NCBI GenBank assembly: GCA_964490075.1
Contig: CAZBBK010000008.1
Span: 1-64,000, forward strand
Source of the DNA: an uncultured Gemmatimonadota bacterium
GTDB taxonomy: Bacteria; GCA-2686955
DNA length: 64,000 bases
Direction: 5' to 3'
Numbering within the stretch: the stretch's first letter is position 1; every line of letters begins with the position of its first letter. Below are positions 19,242 through 28,900 of this stretch, piece after piece. Below the pieces are notes generated by a model. The model saw nothing but the letters and a program-made list of their open reading frames with translations. It had not been told where the DNA came from and did not search any database. Both the position numbers and the translations under genes were made by a program.

Positions 19242-20483
19242 ATGAACCGTTGTGATTGGAGCTTGGGACTGGGCGTCGCGGTGGCGCTGACCCTGTCTTG
19301 CACCGCCCCCGCCGGCGCGGCCGTCATCATCAACGAAGTCCATTTCGACCCGGCGTCCCATATCGACCAGCGGGGCGATGCCAACAACGACGGCGTGGCC
19401 CACTACAGGGACGATGAGTTCGTCGAACTGCTGAACACCGGACCGACGACGGTCAACATCTCCGGCTACCGGATCGGAGACAACGACGTCGACTGGGCCG
19501 ACATGTTCACCTTCCAGGGCGGCACGACCATCAAGGTCAACGAGATGATCACCCTCTTCGGTGGCGGCACGCCGACCGGCTTCCCCAACCAGGTCTTCAC
19601 CGACGACGGCTCGATCGGCAGCGGGCTCGGCAACGACAACGAGAACGTCTTCTTCATCTCCGCCGACCAGGCCGACACGGTTGAGGTCTACTTCGGCTTT
19701 GCCGTCCCCTTGAGCACCGGCGCGGTGCAGATCACCTCGGCCAGCGGCAACCCCGACGAGAGCTACACCCGCAACCCCGACGGCGGCGGCACCTGGGACC
19801 GCCACTCGGTCGCCGACACCGACGACAACTCGCTCTTCTCGCCCGGCGCGCGGATCTCCGGCGAGGCGAATCTGCCAGTGCGCCTCGCCTACTTCCGCGG
19901 CGTGCCGACCTCCACCGGCGTCCACCTGGAGTGGCGAACCGTGAGCGAGGACGGCTCCAGCCACTTCGAGGTCTACCGGGCCGACAATCCCGCCATGGAG
20001 AGCAAGGACCTGGTCAGCGTGGTGCCGGCCGCGCCCGGCGGCTACTCGGCGCGTCCGATCGACTACGCGCTGGACGACGATGGTCTGGCCGAGGGAACAC
20101 GCTACTGGTATGCCCTCGAGGAAATCGATCTCGACAGCTCCGTGCATCACTACGGCCAGTTCGACATCGTCACCCTACAGTCGTACGCGGCGCTGCCCTC
20201 GGGGCGCCACGTCGACCTGGCGCAGAACTTCCCCAATCCATTCAACCCCCGCACCACCATCGAGTTCGCGGTGGCGGAGCAGAGCCCGGTCCATCTCGGA
20301 GTCTACGATCTGACCGGCAACCTGATCCGCAAGCTGGTGGATGACGAGCGCAGCGCCGGCACCCACCGGGTGGTCTGGGATGGCCGCAACGACTGGGGTG
20401 CCAACGTTCCCAGCGGCGTCTATCTCTACCGCGTGGAGACCGATCAGGCAGCCGAGGCGCGGCGCATGGTCCTGGTCAAGTAG
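19242..20483 (+). CDS. Secreted lamin-tail-domain protein with FlgD-Ig C-terminal domain
   Basis: AAGGAG RBS; VIINEVHFDP...DEFVELLN; LPVRLAYF linker; QNFPNPFNP...WDGRNDWG...SGVYLYR...RRMVLVK. Confidence 0.8.
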   Translation: MNRCDWSLGLGVAVALTLSCTAPAGAAVIINEVHFDPASHIDQRGDANNDGVAHYRDDEFVELLNTGPTTVNISGYRIGDNDVDWADMFTFQGGTTIKVNEMITLFGGGTPTGFPNQVFTDDGSIGSGLGNDNENVFFISADQADTVEVYFGFAVPLSTGAVQITSASGNPDESYTRNPDGGGTWDRHSVADTDDNSLFSPGARISGEANLPVRLAYFRGVPTSTGVHLEWRTVSEDGSSHFEVYRADNPAMESKDLVSVVPAAPGGYSARPIDYALDDDGLAEGTRYWYALEEIDLDSSVHHYGQFDIVTLQSYAALPSGRHVDLAQNFPNPFNPRTTIEFAVAEQSPVHLGVYDLTGNLIRKLVDDERSAGTHRVVWDGRNDWGANVPSGVYLYRVETDQAAEARRMVLVK

Positions 20484-20513
20484 CGCGGTTCCGCCCCGAC
20501 GGAAGCGACGAAA

Positions 20514-20555
20514 CGAGGGCGCGTCCAATCTCGCGGTGGGGGTTGGGCGCGCCTT
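20514..20555. terminator. GC-rich hairpin between convergent genes
   Basis: GGGCGCGTCCAATCTC can pair with GGGGTTGGGCGCGCC (with G-U pairs); weak U-tract. Confidence 0.4.
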
Positions 20556-20556
20556 C

Positions 20557-23064
20557 TCACATCCGGCCCGCCTCGATCCACATCTCGCTCGCATCGCCCG
20601 ATTCGAGCTGATCGTCGATCCAAGCGCGCACCACGAGCACCGTGCCGCCCGCGCAATCCGGGCACGGGTCGGGGACCTGGACTTCGCCATCGATCGCAAG
20701 GCTCGCCCCGGCCGGCAGTGTCAGGGAGCGCGGCTCCGCGAGCTGCGGCGAATGTCGGCCCGCGGCTTGGAAGGTGAGCAGAACCTCCTGCGCTGCCACC
20801 GACAGGTTGTCGACCCGCAGGCGCGCCTGGGCCGGCTCTCCCGGTCGAATCAGCTCTGGAGCCTCTTCGATCCGCACCTGCACGCGCGGCTGCGCCGGGT
20901 AGTCGTGCTCCACCCACCCCAGGTCTCGCGGATCGCCGGCTGGGTCCCGGCCGCCGGTGTCGATCGCCAGCGACTGCGGCGCCGGCCGATAGCTGGAATC
21001 GGCCGGCACGAAGTGGGGGTCGGCTTGGATCTCGAACTCGAAGCTCGCTGGACCGCGCGTCGGCCCCGCCTCGTTGTTCCAGAAGAGATTGTGTGAGAGC
21101 GGAGTGCTCTGCTGCGCTGCCGTGGTGCGAATCCCGTAGCCGCCGCGCGTGCCCGCGACGATGTTTCGTTCGAAGCTCACCGCGCACTCTCCCATGTAGG
21201 CGACCGCCGCGGCGCGGTCGCCCTCCGGAATCGAAGCGACGATCGTATTGCTCTCGATCCGTCCGGCACAGGGGGAGTTGAGGATGATGCCACCGCCTTC
21301 TTCGCTGGCGCGGTTGCCGTGCAGCAGATTGTGCCGCATCACGAACTGCGCCGCGGTATCGAAGAAGAATCCGCCGCCGCGCTGCGAATTGTTGCCGGCG
21401 ATCACATTGTCGCGAATCAGCACCCGCGCGTAGCGTCCGGTCACTCGCAGGCCGCCACCGTGACCACCTGGCGCCGCGTTACCGGCAATGGTGTTGCCGG
21501 AGATGTCGACCACCGATCCGCTGGTGAAGATCCCGGCGCCGCCCAGCGTCGTGATGGTGCTCGTCGCCACGTTGTCCTCGATACGGTTGTTCCGCACGTG
21601 GGCCGCGCAGCGCTGGTCGATGGCCAGCCCGCCTTTCCGATCCGCCTGGTTTTCGCGAATCACGTTGCCCTCGATCCACAGTGAATCGAAGTATGCCGAC
21701 TCGATCCCGCCACCCGCCTCGGCGCGATTCTCCTCGATCAGATTGCGGGCGATCAGCGATCCGGTCGGTCGCGGCCGATCCTGGTAGAAGAAGCCCTGGC
21801 TGTAGATGCCGCCACCCGAACGGGTCGTTTCGTTGCGACAAATATGGCTGTCGGAGATCTCCGAGAAGGTGTTGAAGATGAAGATCCCCCCACCCCAGCC
21901 TTCGGCACCGGTGCGGCCGACGCAGGTGTTTTCGCACACCACCAGATCTGTCATCACGGCGTCCGCGTCGTGCACGTGCAGCGCACCACCCTCGGTCCTG
22001 GAGGAGTTCTGCTCGAACACGCAGTCGGCGACCTGACCGAAGGCGCCGTTCCAGAAGTTGATGCCACCTCCGAACCCTTCCAGGGTGTCGTTGCCGGCCT
22101 CGTTGAAGCGAAATACGCAATCGGTGACATCGACAGTCGCGTCATCGCCGCCTCGCAGCGCGCCGCCGGAGCGCGCGTGATTGCCCTCGAACGAGGTCGA
22201 GACGATCTCCGCCGCGGTCGCTCCAAAGAACGCGGCACCGCCACCCGATCCATGGTCACCGCCCAGCGCCGCGAAGTTGTCGCGGAAGAGAGAGCTAGAA
22301 ATCACCACCTCGCCCGCGTCGCTGGCGCTGATCGCGCCGCCGTTGCGCTGGGCCCGATTCCCCTCGAAAGTGCAGGTTTCGATGCGCACCGACCCCTGGC
22401 GATAGAGCGACATGCCGCCGCCATGATCGGATGCGGCGTTGTCGGTGACTCGGGATTCGCGCAGCAGCAGCAGCTCCGATCCCAAGGCGTAGATACCGGC
22501 CCCACTCGGCGCCGTGTTGCCTTCGATGGTCGTCTCATCGATCAGGAAACGCGCGCTGTGAACGTGTATTCCGCCGCCCCGCTCGCCCGCCTGGTTGTCG
22601 GCGATCAACGAGCCGCGGATCGACCCCGCGCTCCCCTCGGTGATCCCCACGCCGCCGCCCTCCTGCGCCGACCCATTGCCGGTCACGACACAGTCGACGA
22701 TCGCCACCTCGCCGCCGAACTGGGCGCGCACTCCGCCGCCCGAGTGATCGGAGTAGCCCCCCCTGAGCGTCAGCGATTCCAGCAGCAAGCTGGTCTGGGG
22801 CGGAATCGTCACCACCGGCGCGCTTGCGTCGCCGCTCACCACCACCGATTCGCGGGGCGCATCCCCGCGAATCGTCACTCTGGGCGCGGCCGCCCGCAGC
22901 GAGCCGGCGTGGGTGCCGGGAGCCACCAGCACCAGGTCGCCCTCGGCGGCGACATCGAGCGCCTGTTGGATGGTCGGATACTCGGACGGGACCCGCAGCG
23001 TCGCTGCCGAGGCGAAGGTCGGGACGACAAAGAGGAGCGGGAAAAGAGCGAACGATCGAGCCAT
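20557..23064 (-). CDS. Secreted right-handed beta-helix (GGA/FxxN repeat) protein with C-terminal Ig-like domain
   Basis: ATG 23064, signal peptide, TLRVPSEYPTIQQAL, many NxA..GGG repeats, ADPHFV...SLAIDTG. Confidence 0.8.
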   Translation of the reverse strand: MARSFALFPLLFVVPTFASAATLRVPSEYPTIQQALDVAAEGDLVLVAPGTHAGSLRAAAPRVTIRGDAPRESVVVSGDASAPVVTIPPQTSLLLESLTLRGGYSDHSGGGVRAQFGGEVAIVDCVVTGNGSAQEGGGVGITEGSAGSIRGSLIADNQAGERGGGIHVHSARFLIDETTIEGNTAPSGAGIYALGSELLLLRESRVTDNAASDHGGGMSLYRQGSVRIETCTFEGNRAQRNGGAISASDAGEVVISSSLFRDNFAALGGDHGSGGGAAFFGATAAEIVSTSFEGNHARSGGALRGGDDATVDVTDCVFRFNEAGNDTLEGFGGGINFWNGAFGQVADCVFEQNSSRTEGGALHVHDADAVMTDLVVCENTCVGRTGAEGWGGGIFIFNTFSEISDSHICRNETTRSGGGIYSQGFFYQDRPRPTGSLIARNLIEENRAEAGGGIESAYFDSLWIEGNVIRENQADRKGGLAIDQRCAAHVRNNRIEDNVATSTITTLGGAGIFTSGSVVDISGNTIAGNAAPGGHGGGLRVTGRYARVLIRDNVIAGNNSQRGGGFFFDTAAQFVMRHNLLHGNRASEEGGGIILNSPCAGRIESNTIVASIPEGDRAAAVAYMGECAVSFERNIVAGTRGGYGIRTTAAQQSTPLSHNLFWNNEAGPTRGPASFEFEIQADPHFVPADSSYRPAPQSLAIDTGGRDPAGDPRDLGWVEHDYPAQPRVQVRIEEAPELIRPGEPAQARLRVDNLSVAAQEVLLTFQAAGRHSPQLAEPRSLTLPAGASLAIDGEVQVPDPCPDCAGGTVLVVRAWIDDQLESGDASEMWIEAGRM

Positions 23065-23185
23065 GGCGATCTCCACCAGACGGGGCCTGGGGCGGGGGGA
23101 AGCTCGACGAGAGATCGAGCGGAACGATCGCACACGATAGGCGCTCGGAGTGTCGCGGGAAAGCGTGGGGGGATCGGGCGGTGCG

Positions 23186-24625
23186 CTACCCGGCGGCGGT
23201 CAGCGCGCCCGCGACCAATTCGCCCAGCGGCAGCTCCTGGATCACCAGACGCCGCTTCCCGGCCAGCGTCGGCGGGATCTCTCGACAGGGCACCAGTTCG
23301 AGCACGGTGCCCGGGCCGAGCTTGGTACTGATCTGGTCGAGGATCGCCCGCTCGTCGGTCGGTCCGTAGCCCGGTCGGGCCACCAAGTGCAGCTCTACCC
23401 GCCCCTCCTCGCGTTGACGAAACTGGACATGGTCCACTCGATCGAACACGTCGGAGTGCATGTTCAGGGCGGCGGTCGAGATCGGCCGTCCTCCGCGCGC
23501 GATCAGGAATTCCTGAAGGCGCCCTTCGATCGACGCCAGGCGGGGATGCGGCCGTCCGCAAGAGCAGGGGTCGCCGGCCACCGTGGCCACGTCGTAGGTC
23601 CGGTAGCGGATCAGGGGCATGACGCGGTTCCAGAGCGCCGTCCCCACGATCTCGCCTTGCACCCCGCTCTCCCAGGGCAGCACCTCGCCGCTCTCGTCGA
23701 CCAGCTCCGCGCTGCCGTACTCGGGGAAGACGTGATAGCCCTCGCCCTGCTCGCACTCGGCCGCGTACACCACCCGCTCCGCGTGCCCGTACCAGGAGTA
23801 GATCCGGCATCGGAACGCCTCGACGAGCAGTCGGCGCTGATCGGGTCGGAGCGTCTCGGAGCTGAGCAGCAGGGCGCGCAGTCCCTCCGGAGGCGGCGTC
23901 CCGGATTCGATCAGTTGGCGACCCAGGATCGCCGCCGCCGACGGGTAGGCCTGAATGTACCGAGGCCGATAGCCACGCAGCCGATCGATCATCATCGGCA
24001 CGTGCTCGTCGGTGAGGTGGTAGCTCGAGAGCAGCAGGCTGCCCTTGATCGGATCCTCGTCGCAGATCCGCTCCCGATTCAGCACCGAGCCTCGCACGAT
24101 GGCGCCGCGGTCGCTGCGCTGGTAGCCGACCATGCCCCAGGCGTGGTCGAGCATGGCGGCCTCTTTCGAGCGGCAGACTCCCACCTGGAGATCGAAACCC
24201 ACCGGCTCACCGGTAGAGCCGCCGGTCGTGACGTAGAGCCGTTCCGAATCGCCGTGGATCTGCGAGCGCAGAGCGCTGATCTGATCGCGCAGCGTGGACT
24301 TGTCGAGCAGAGGCAGCAGTTGCAGATCCGCACGAGAGCGCAGATGGCGGGGCTCGACGCCGCGCTCGCGCATCACGCTCCTGTAGAAGGGAACGTGGTG
24401 GTAGGCGTGCTCGATGGCTTCGCGTAGCAGCCGATCCTCGAGCGCCTGGAGCTCGTCCAGTCCTACGTTCCGCGTCGCGCGCAGCAAGCCGCGCATGCGT
24501 CCGTAGACCGACCCGTAGCGCAGCCGCATCGGCAGTCGCCGGAAGCAGAAGCCGGCCCCCCTCCGGATCCACAAGGGGCTCGACTCGTACAGCTCTCGAA
24601 CGCCGTAGAGGCGATCTTCGATCAT
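23186..24625 (-). CDS. CapK/phenylacetate-CoA ligase-like adenylate-forming protein
   Basis: HAYHHVPFY, TTGGSTGEP P-loop, YGHAER, PLIRYRTYD, EGR, GKRRLV; ATG 24625 (alternative TTG 24643). Confidence 0.85.
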   Translation of the reverse strand: MIEDRLYGVRELYESSPLWIRRGAGFCFRRLPMRLRYGSVYGRMRGLLRATRNVGLDELQALEDRLLREAIEHAYHHVPFYRSVMRERGVEPRHLRSRADLQLLPLLDKSTLRDQISALRSQIHGDSERLYVTTGGSTGEPVGFDLQVGVCRSKEAAMLDHAWGMVGYQRSDRGAIVRGSVLNRERICDEDPIKGSLLLSSYHLTDEHVPMMIDRLRGYRPRYIQAYPSAAAILGRQLIESGTPPPEGLRALLLSSETLRPDQRRLLVEAFRCRIYSWYGHAERVVYAAECEQGEGYHVFPEYGSAELVDESGEVLPWESGVQGEIVGTALWNRVMPLIRYRTYDVATVAGDPCSCGRPHPRLASIEGRLQEFLIARGGRPISTAALNMHSDVFDRVDHVQFRQREEGRVELHLVARPGYGPTDERAILDQISTKLGPGTVLELVPCREIPPTLAGKRRLVIQELPLGELVAGALTAAG

Positions 24626-24736
24626 CGAGCGAACCTGGTTCAAGGTGTCGACGTGGCACTTCTGTGAGCTTCAATCGGCGTGAATCGCCTGCTCTTCAGT
24701 GCTTCAGTGGTCGCGCCCCGTGCCGATCGATTCGAC

Positions 24737-25882
24737 ATGACCAAACTCGCGAGCGACCTGAGGCGATCCGACCCGGGTGCGAGGGCGAAGGTGCTGCTGA
24801 TAGGGCCGCTGCCCCCACCGACCGCCGGTGTCGAGGCGCTGACCCATGCCCTCCTGGCACACCTGCGCCGCGGCCCCTGGGAGGCTCGTTGCCTCGACAC
24901 CCAGAAACGCCGGGTTTCGGTGGCCGGCCGCGGGCGGCTCTCGCTGGTCAACCTGAGCTACGCGGCCCGCGACCTGTCGGGTCTGCTCTGGGAGCTGGGG
25001 AGGCATCGGCCCGCCGTCGTGCACACGTCCTTCAGCTCGACCACGACAGGAGCCCTGCGCGACGCGCTCGTCGTTGCCCTCTGCCGGCTGCTCCGAGTGC
25101 CGGTCGTGGCGCACCTTCATGGCGGGGACTTCGACCGCCTGCTCGCGCACGGCCCCGCGCCCGTGGCCCGCGCCTGCCGCGGCGCGCTGCGCGCGGCCGA
25201 TCGTGTGGTGGTGCTGTCGACCTACTGGAAGGAGCTGATCGAGGGCGCCTTCGGCGAGCTGCGCTGCAGTGTGGTGGCGAACGGCAGCGACGATCTGAGC
25301 CGACACGCGCGGGTGCACAGGCGTGCCGGGCCGGTGCGGATCCTGCACGTGGGGGCGCAGGGGCGCCGCAAGGGGGTGCCCGAGCTACTCGGTGCGGTCG
25401 AGCGGCTGCGCCGCGAAGGGCACGATCTGCGCCTGACCTTGCTGGGCGCCGAGGAGTGGATCGGCGAAGGTGAGCGGATCGCCCGCACGATCCGCTGCCT
25501 CGGACTGACGCCGATCGTGACGCAGACCGGCCAGCTCGAAGGGGACGATCGAATCCCGCATTTCGAAACGGCCGACATCTTCTGCCTTCCCTCCCACCAC
25601 GAGGGCGCGCCGGTGGCCCTCCTCGAGGCGATGTCGGCCGGACTGCCGGTGGTCGTCAGCTCGGTGGGGGCCATGCCGGAGATGGTGGGCCGGGGCGGCA
25701 AGCTGGTCGCGCCGGGCGACATCGATGCGCTGGTGGACGCGCTGCGGCCTTTGGTGCTCGGTCGCGCCATGCGCGGCGACTGGGGGCGAAGGAACCGCGC
25801 CGACTGGGAACGGCGATTCACGCTCGAACGGCACCTGGCCGGAGTCGCCGCGGTGCTCTCGGAGTGTGTCCCGAAGCACTGA
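24737..25882 (+). CDS. GT4-family glycosyltransferase
   Basis: HLHGGDF, RKGV, DIFCLPSHHEGAPVALLEAMSAGLPVV (EX7E). Confidence 0.9.
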   Translation: MTKLASDLRRSDPGARAKVLLIGPLPPPTAGVEALTHALLAHLRRGPWEARCLDTQKRRVSVAGRGRLSLVNLSYAARDLSGLLWELGRHRPAVVHTSFSSTTTGALRDALVVALCRLLRVPVVAHLHGGDFDRLLAHGPAPVARACRGALRAADRVVVLSTYWKELIEGAFGELRCSVVANGSDDLSRHARVHRRAGPVRILHVGAQGRRKGVPELLGAVERLRREGHDLRLTLLGAEEWIGEGERIARTIRCLGLTPIVTQTGQLEGDDRIPHFETADIFCLPSHHEGAPVALLEAMSAGLPVVVSSVGAMPEMVGRGGKLVAPGDIDALVDALRPLVLGRAMRGDWGRRNRADWERRFTLERHLAGVAAVLSECVPKH

Positions 25883-25921
25883 CGGACGGCCCCGGCGGCG
25901 CTGCGTTATCGTTGCCCCGCT

Positions 25922-28900
25922 ATGTCCACCGACCGCATCCAGATCCGCGGAGCGCGCGAGAACAACCTCGCCGGCATCGATGTCTCGCTGCCGCGCGATG
26001 CCCTGACCGTGGTGACCGGGGTCTCCGGCTCGGGAAAGTCGAGCCTGGCCTTCGACACCCTCTACAAGGAAGGTCACCGGCGCTTCGTCGAATCTCTGTC
26101 GGCCTATGCGCGCCAGTTCCTCGGACAGATGGAGAAGCCGCGCGTCGACCATGTCGAAGGGCTCTCCCCGACGGTCTCCATCGACCAGAAGACGGTGAAC
26201 CGCAACCCCCGTTCCACGGTGGGGACCGTCACCGAGCTCTACGACTGCCTGCGGCTGCTTTTCGCCCGGCTGGGGACTCCGCACTGCCCGGAATGCGGGC
26301 ATCGCATAGAAGGCCAGACTCCCGACGAGATCGCCCGGCGCATCTTGGCGCTCGGCGAGCCGTTCCAGCGTCCGGGCGAAAAGCCGCCCCAGGCCCTGCT
26401 CCTGGCACCCCTTGTCGACGACCGCAAAGGAGAGTACCGCAAGGAGCTGCAGGATCTCGCCGCGGAGGGCTTCGTGCGGGTGCGCGTCGATGGCGAGATC
26501 CGCCGCCTGGAAGAGCAGATCGAGCTCGACCGTTACAAGCGCCACACCATCGAGGTCATCATCGATCGCGTGCCTCTGGCCGCCGACCGCCGCGCGCGCC
26601 TGGTGGAGGGGATCGAGCTGGCTTTGCGCCGGACCGGGGGCCAGGTCCGGGCTCTGGTCGGAGAGCAGCTTTCCACTTTCAGCTCGCTGCGGGCCTGCCC
26701 CCGCCACGAAGTCGAGCTGCCGGAGATCGAGCCGCGCCTGTTCAGCTTCAACTCGCCCCACGGTGCCTGTCCCGACTGCAATGGACTCGGATGGAAGCGC
26801 CGGGTCGACGCGCGGCTGCTGGTTCCCGACGACCACCGATCGATCGCCGGCGGTGCCTTTGCCAACACCGACCGCCATGGGAAGCTGCTCTACACGCCCT
26901 ACCGTCTCGACGATCTGCGCGTCGTGGCCGACCACCTCGGCGTCTCGTTGGACACGCCCTGGCGTGCCCTGCCGGCCAAGGCGAGACGTGTATTCATGAA
27001 GGGCACCGGTCGCATCGAGCTGGAGTTCGATGTGGCCTGGGAAGGGCGCGGTCGCAAGGTCTCCGGAACCGTCCGGCGCGCCTTCCGCGGAGTGGTCGGG
27101 GGCATGGAGCATTTCCTGCGTTGGGCGGGCGGTGGAGAGTGGTCGAAAGTGTCGCGATTCCTGGCGGAAGGAGATTGCAACAGTTGCGACGGTACTCGCT
27201 TGCGCCCGGAGGCCCTGGCGGTCCGATTTCGCGACCTGTCGATCGCCGATCTCGCCGCCATGACGGTCGATGAGACCGCCGCCTGGACCGCGGACCTGCG
27301 CTTGGAGTCGGGACGCGAGCAACAGATCGGGCGCGAGATCGCCAAGGAGCTTCGCACTAGACTCCGTTTCCTGGCCGACGTTGGTCTGGGATACGTGACC
27401 CTCGATCGCCGCACAGGCTCCCTGTCGGGGGGCGAAGCGCAGCGGATTCGACTAGCCAGGCAGGTCGGCTCGGGCTTACGCGGAGTGCTGTACGTGCTGG
27501 ACGAGCCCTCGATCGGCCTGCACGCGCGCGACAATCGCAAGCTCCTCGATACCCTGGGCACGCTCCGCGATCAGGGCAACACCGTAGTCGTAGTCGAGCA
27601 TGACGAAGCGACCATGCGCGCCGCCGATCACATCATCGACGTCGGGCCGGGGGCGGGAGTCGACGGCGGCCGCGTGGTAGCCAGCGGAGGCTACTCAGCG
27701 CTGCGCGACGCCGCGCGCTCGTTGACGGCGGACTACCTCTCCGGGCGCCGCGTGATCGCCCTACCGGAGCGCCGCAGATCGCCCGACCAGGGAGTGATCG
27801 CCGTTCGCGGTGCCCGCCAGTTCAACCTCAAGGGCATCGATGTCGAGATCCCGCTCGGCTGCTTCGTCGCGGTGACCGGCGTGTCCGGCAGCGGAAAATC
27901 GACGCTGGTACACCAGGTCCTTTACCGTGCGCTGCGTCGGCACTTGCACGGAGCCCACGAGGCTCCCGGCGATCACGACCGCATCGACAATATCGATGCG
28001 GTCGACAAGGTCATCGAGATCGACCAATCTCCGATCGGACGCACACCGCGTTCCAACCCGGCGACCTACACCAAGGTGTTCACCGAGATCCGCGATCTCT
28101 TCGCCCGGGTCCCGGAGTCGAAAGCCCGCGGCTACAAGCCCGGGAGATTCTCGTTCAATGTCAAAGGGGGGCGCTGCGAGTACTGCAAGGGAGCCGGGCT
28201 GCGCGAGGTGGAGATGCAGTTCCTGTCTACCGTGCAGGTGCTCTGCGATGAATGCGGAGGGTTGCGCTTCAATCGAGAGACCTTGGAGATCCGCTACAGC
28301 GGGCGCACCATCCACGACATCCTGGAAATGACTGTGGACGAGGCGCTGGCTCTCTACGCGGACGTGCCGCGAATCGCTCGCACTCTCGGCACTCTCGCCG
28401 ATGTCGGACTTGGCTATGTACGGCTCGGCCAACCATGCACGACCCTCTCCGGGGGAGAGGCACAGCGCGTGAAGCTGGCCTCCGAGCTGCGCAGGCCGGA
28501 TACAGGGAAGACGCTGTACATCCTCGATGAACCGACCACTGGATTGCATTTTGCCGACGTGGAGCGCCTGATCGCTGCCTTGCAGCGTCTGGTCGACGCC
28601 GGCAATACGGTGCTGGTCATCGAGCACAACAGCGACGTGATCAAGGTCGCGGACTGGATCGTCGATCTGGGACCGGAGGGTGGTGACGCGGGCGGCGAAA
28701 TCGTCGCCAGCGGTGCACCCGAGCAGGTAGCGGAGCACGCGTCGGGAGCGACCGCGCGCCTCTTGGCCACTGTACTGGCCGGCGGTGGCGCCGACCTCGC
28801 GAACCAGCGCGCGGCTCGGCGCCGGGCTCTCGACGACGAGCGGATCGCCATCCACGGCGCGCGCACCCACAACTTGAAGGGAATCGATGTCGAGATACCG

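Noticed and set aside
17571-20150. 859-aa alkaline phosphatase with a long N-terminal extension
   Set aside because: The extension is the antisense of the lamin-tail gene; the signal peptide begins at GTG 18944.
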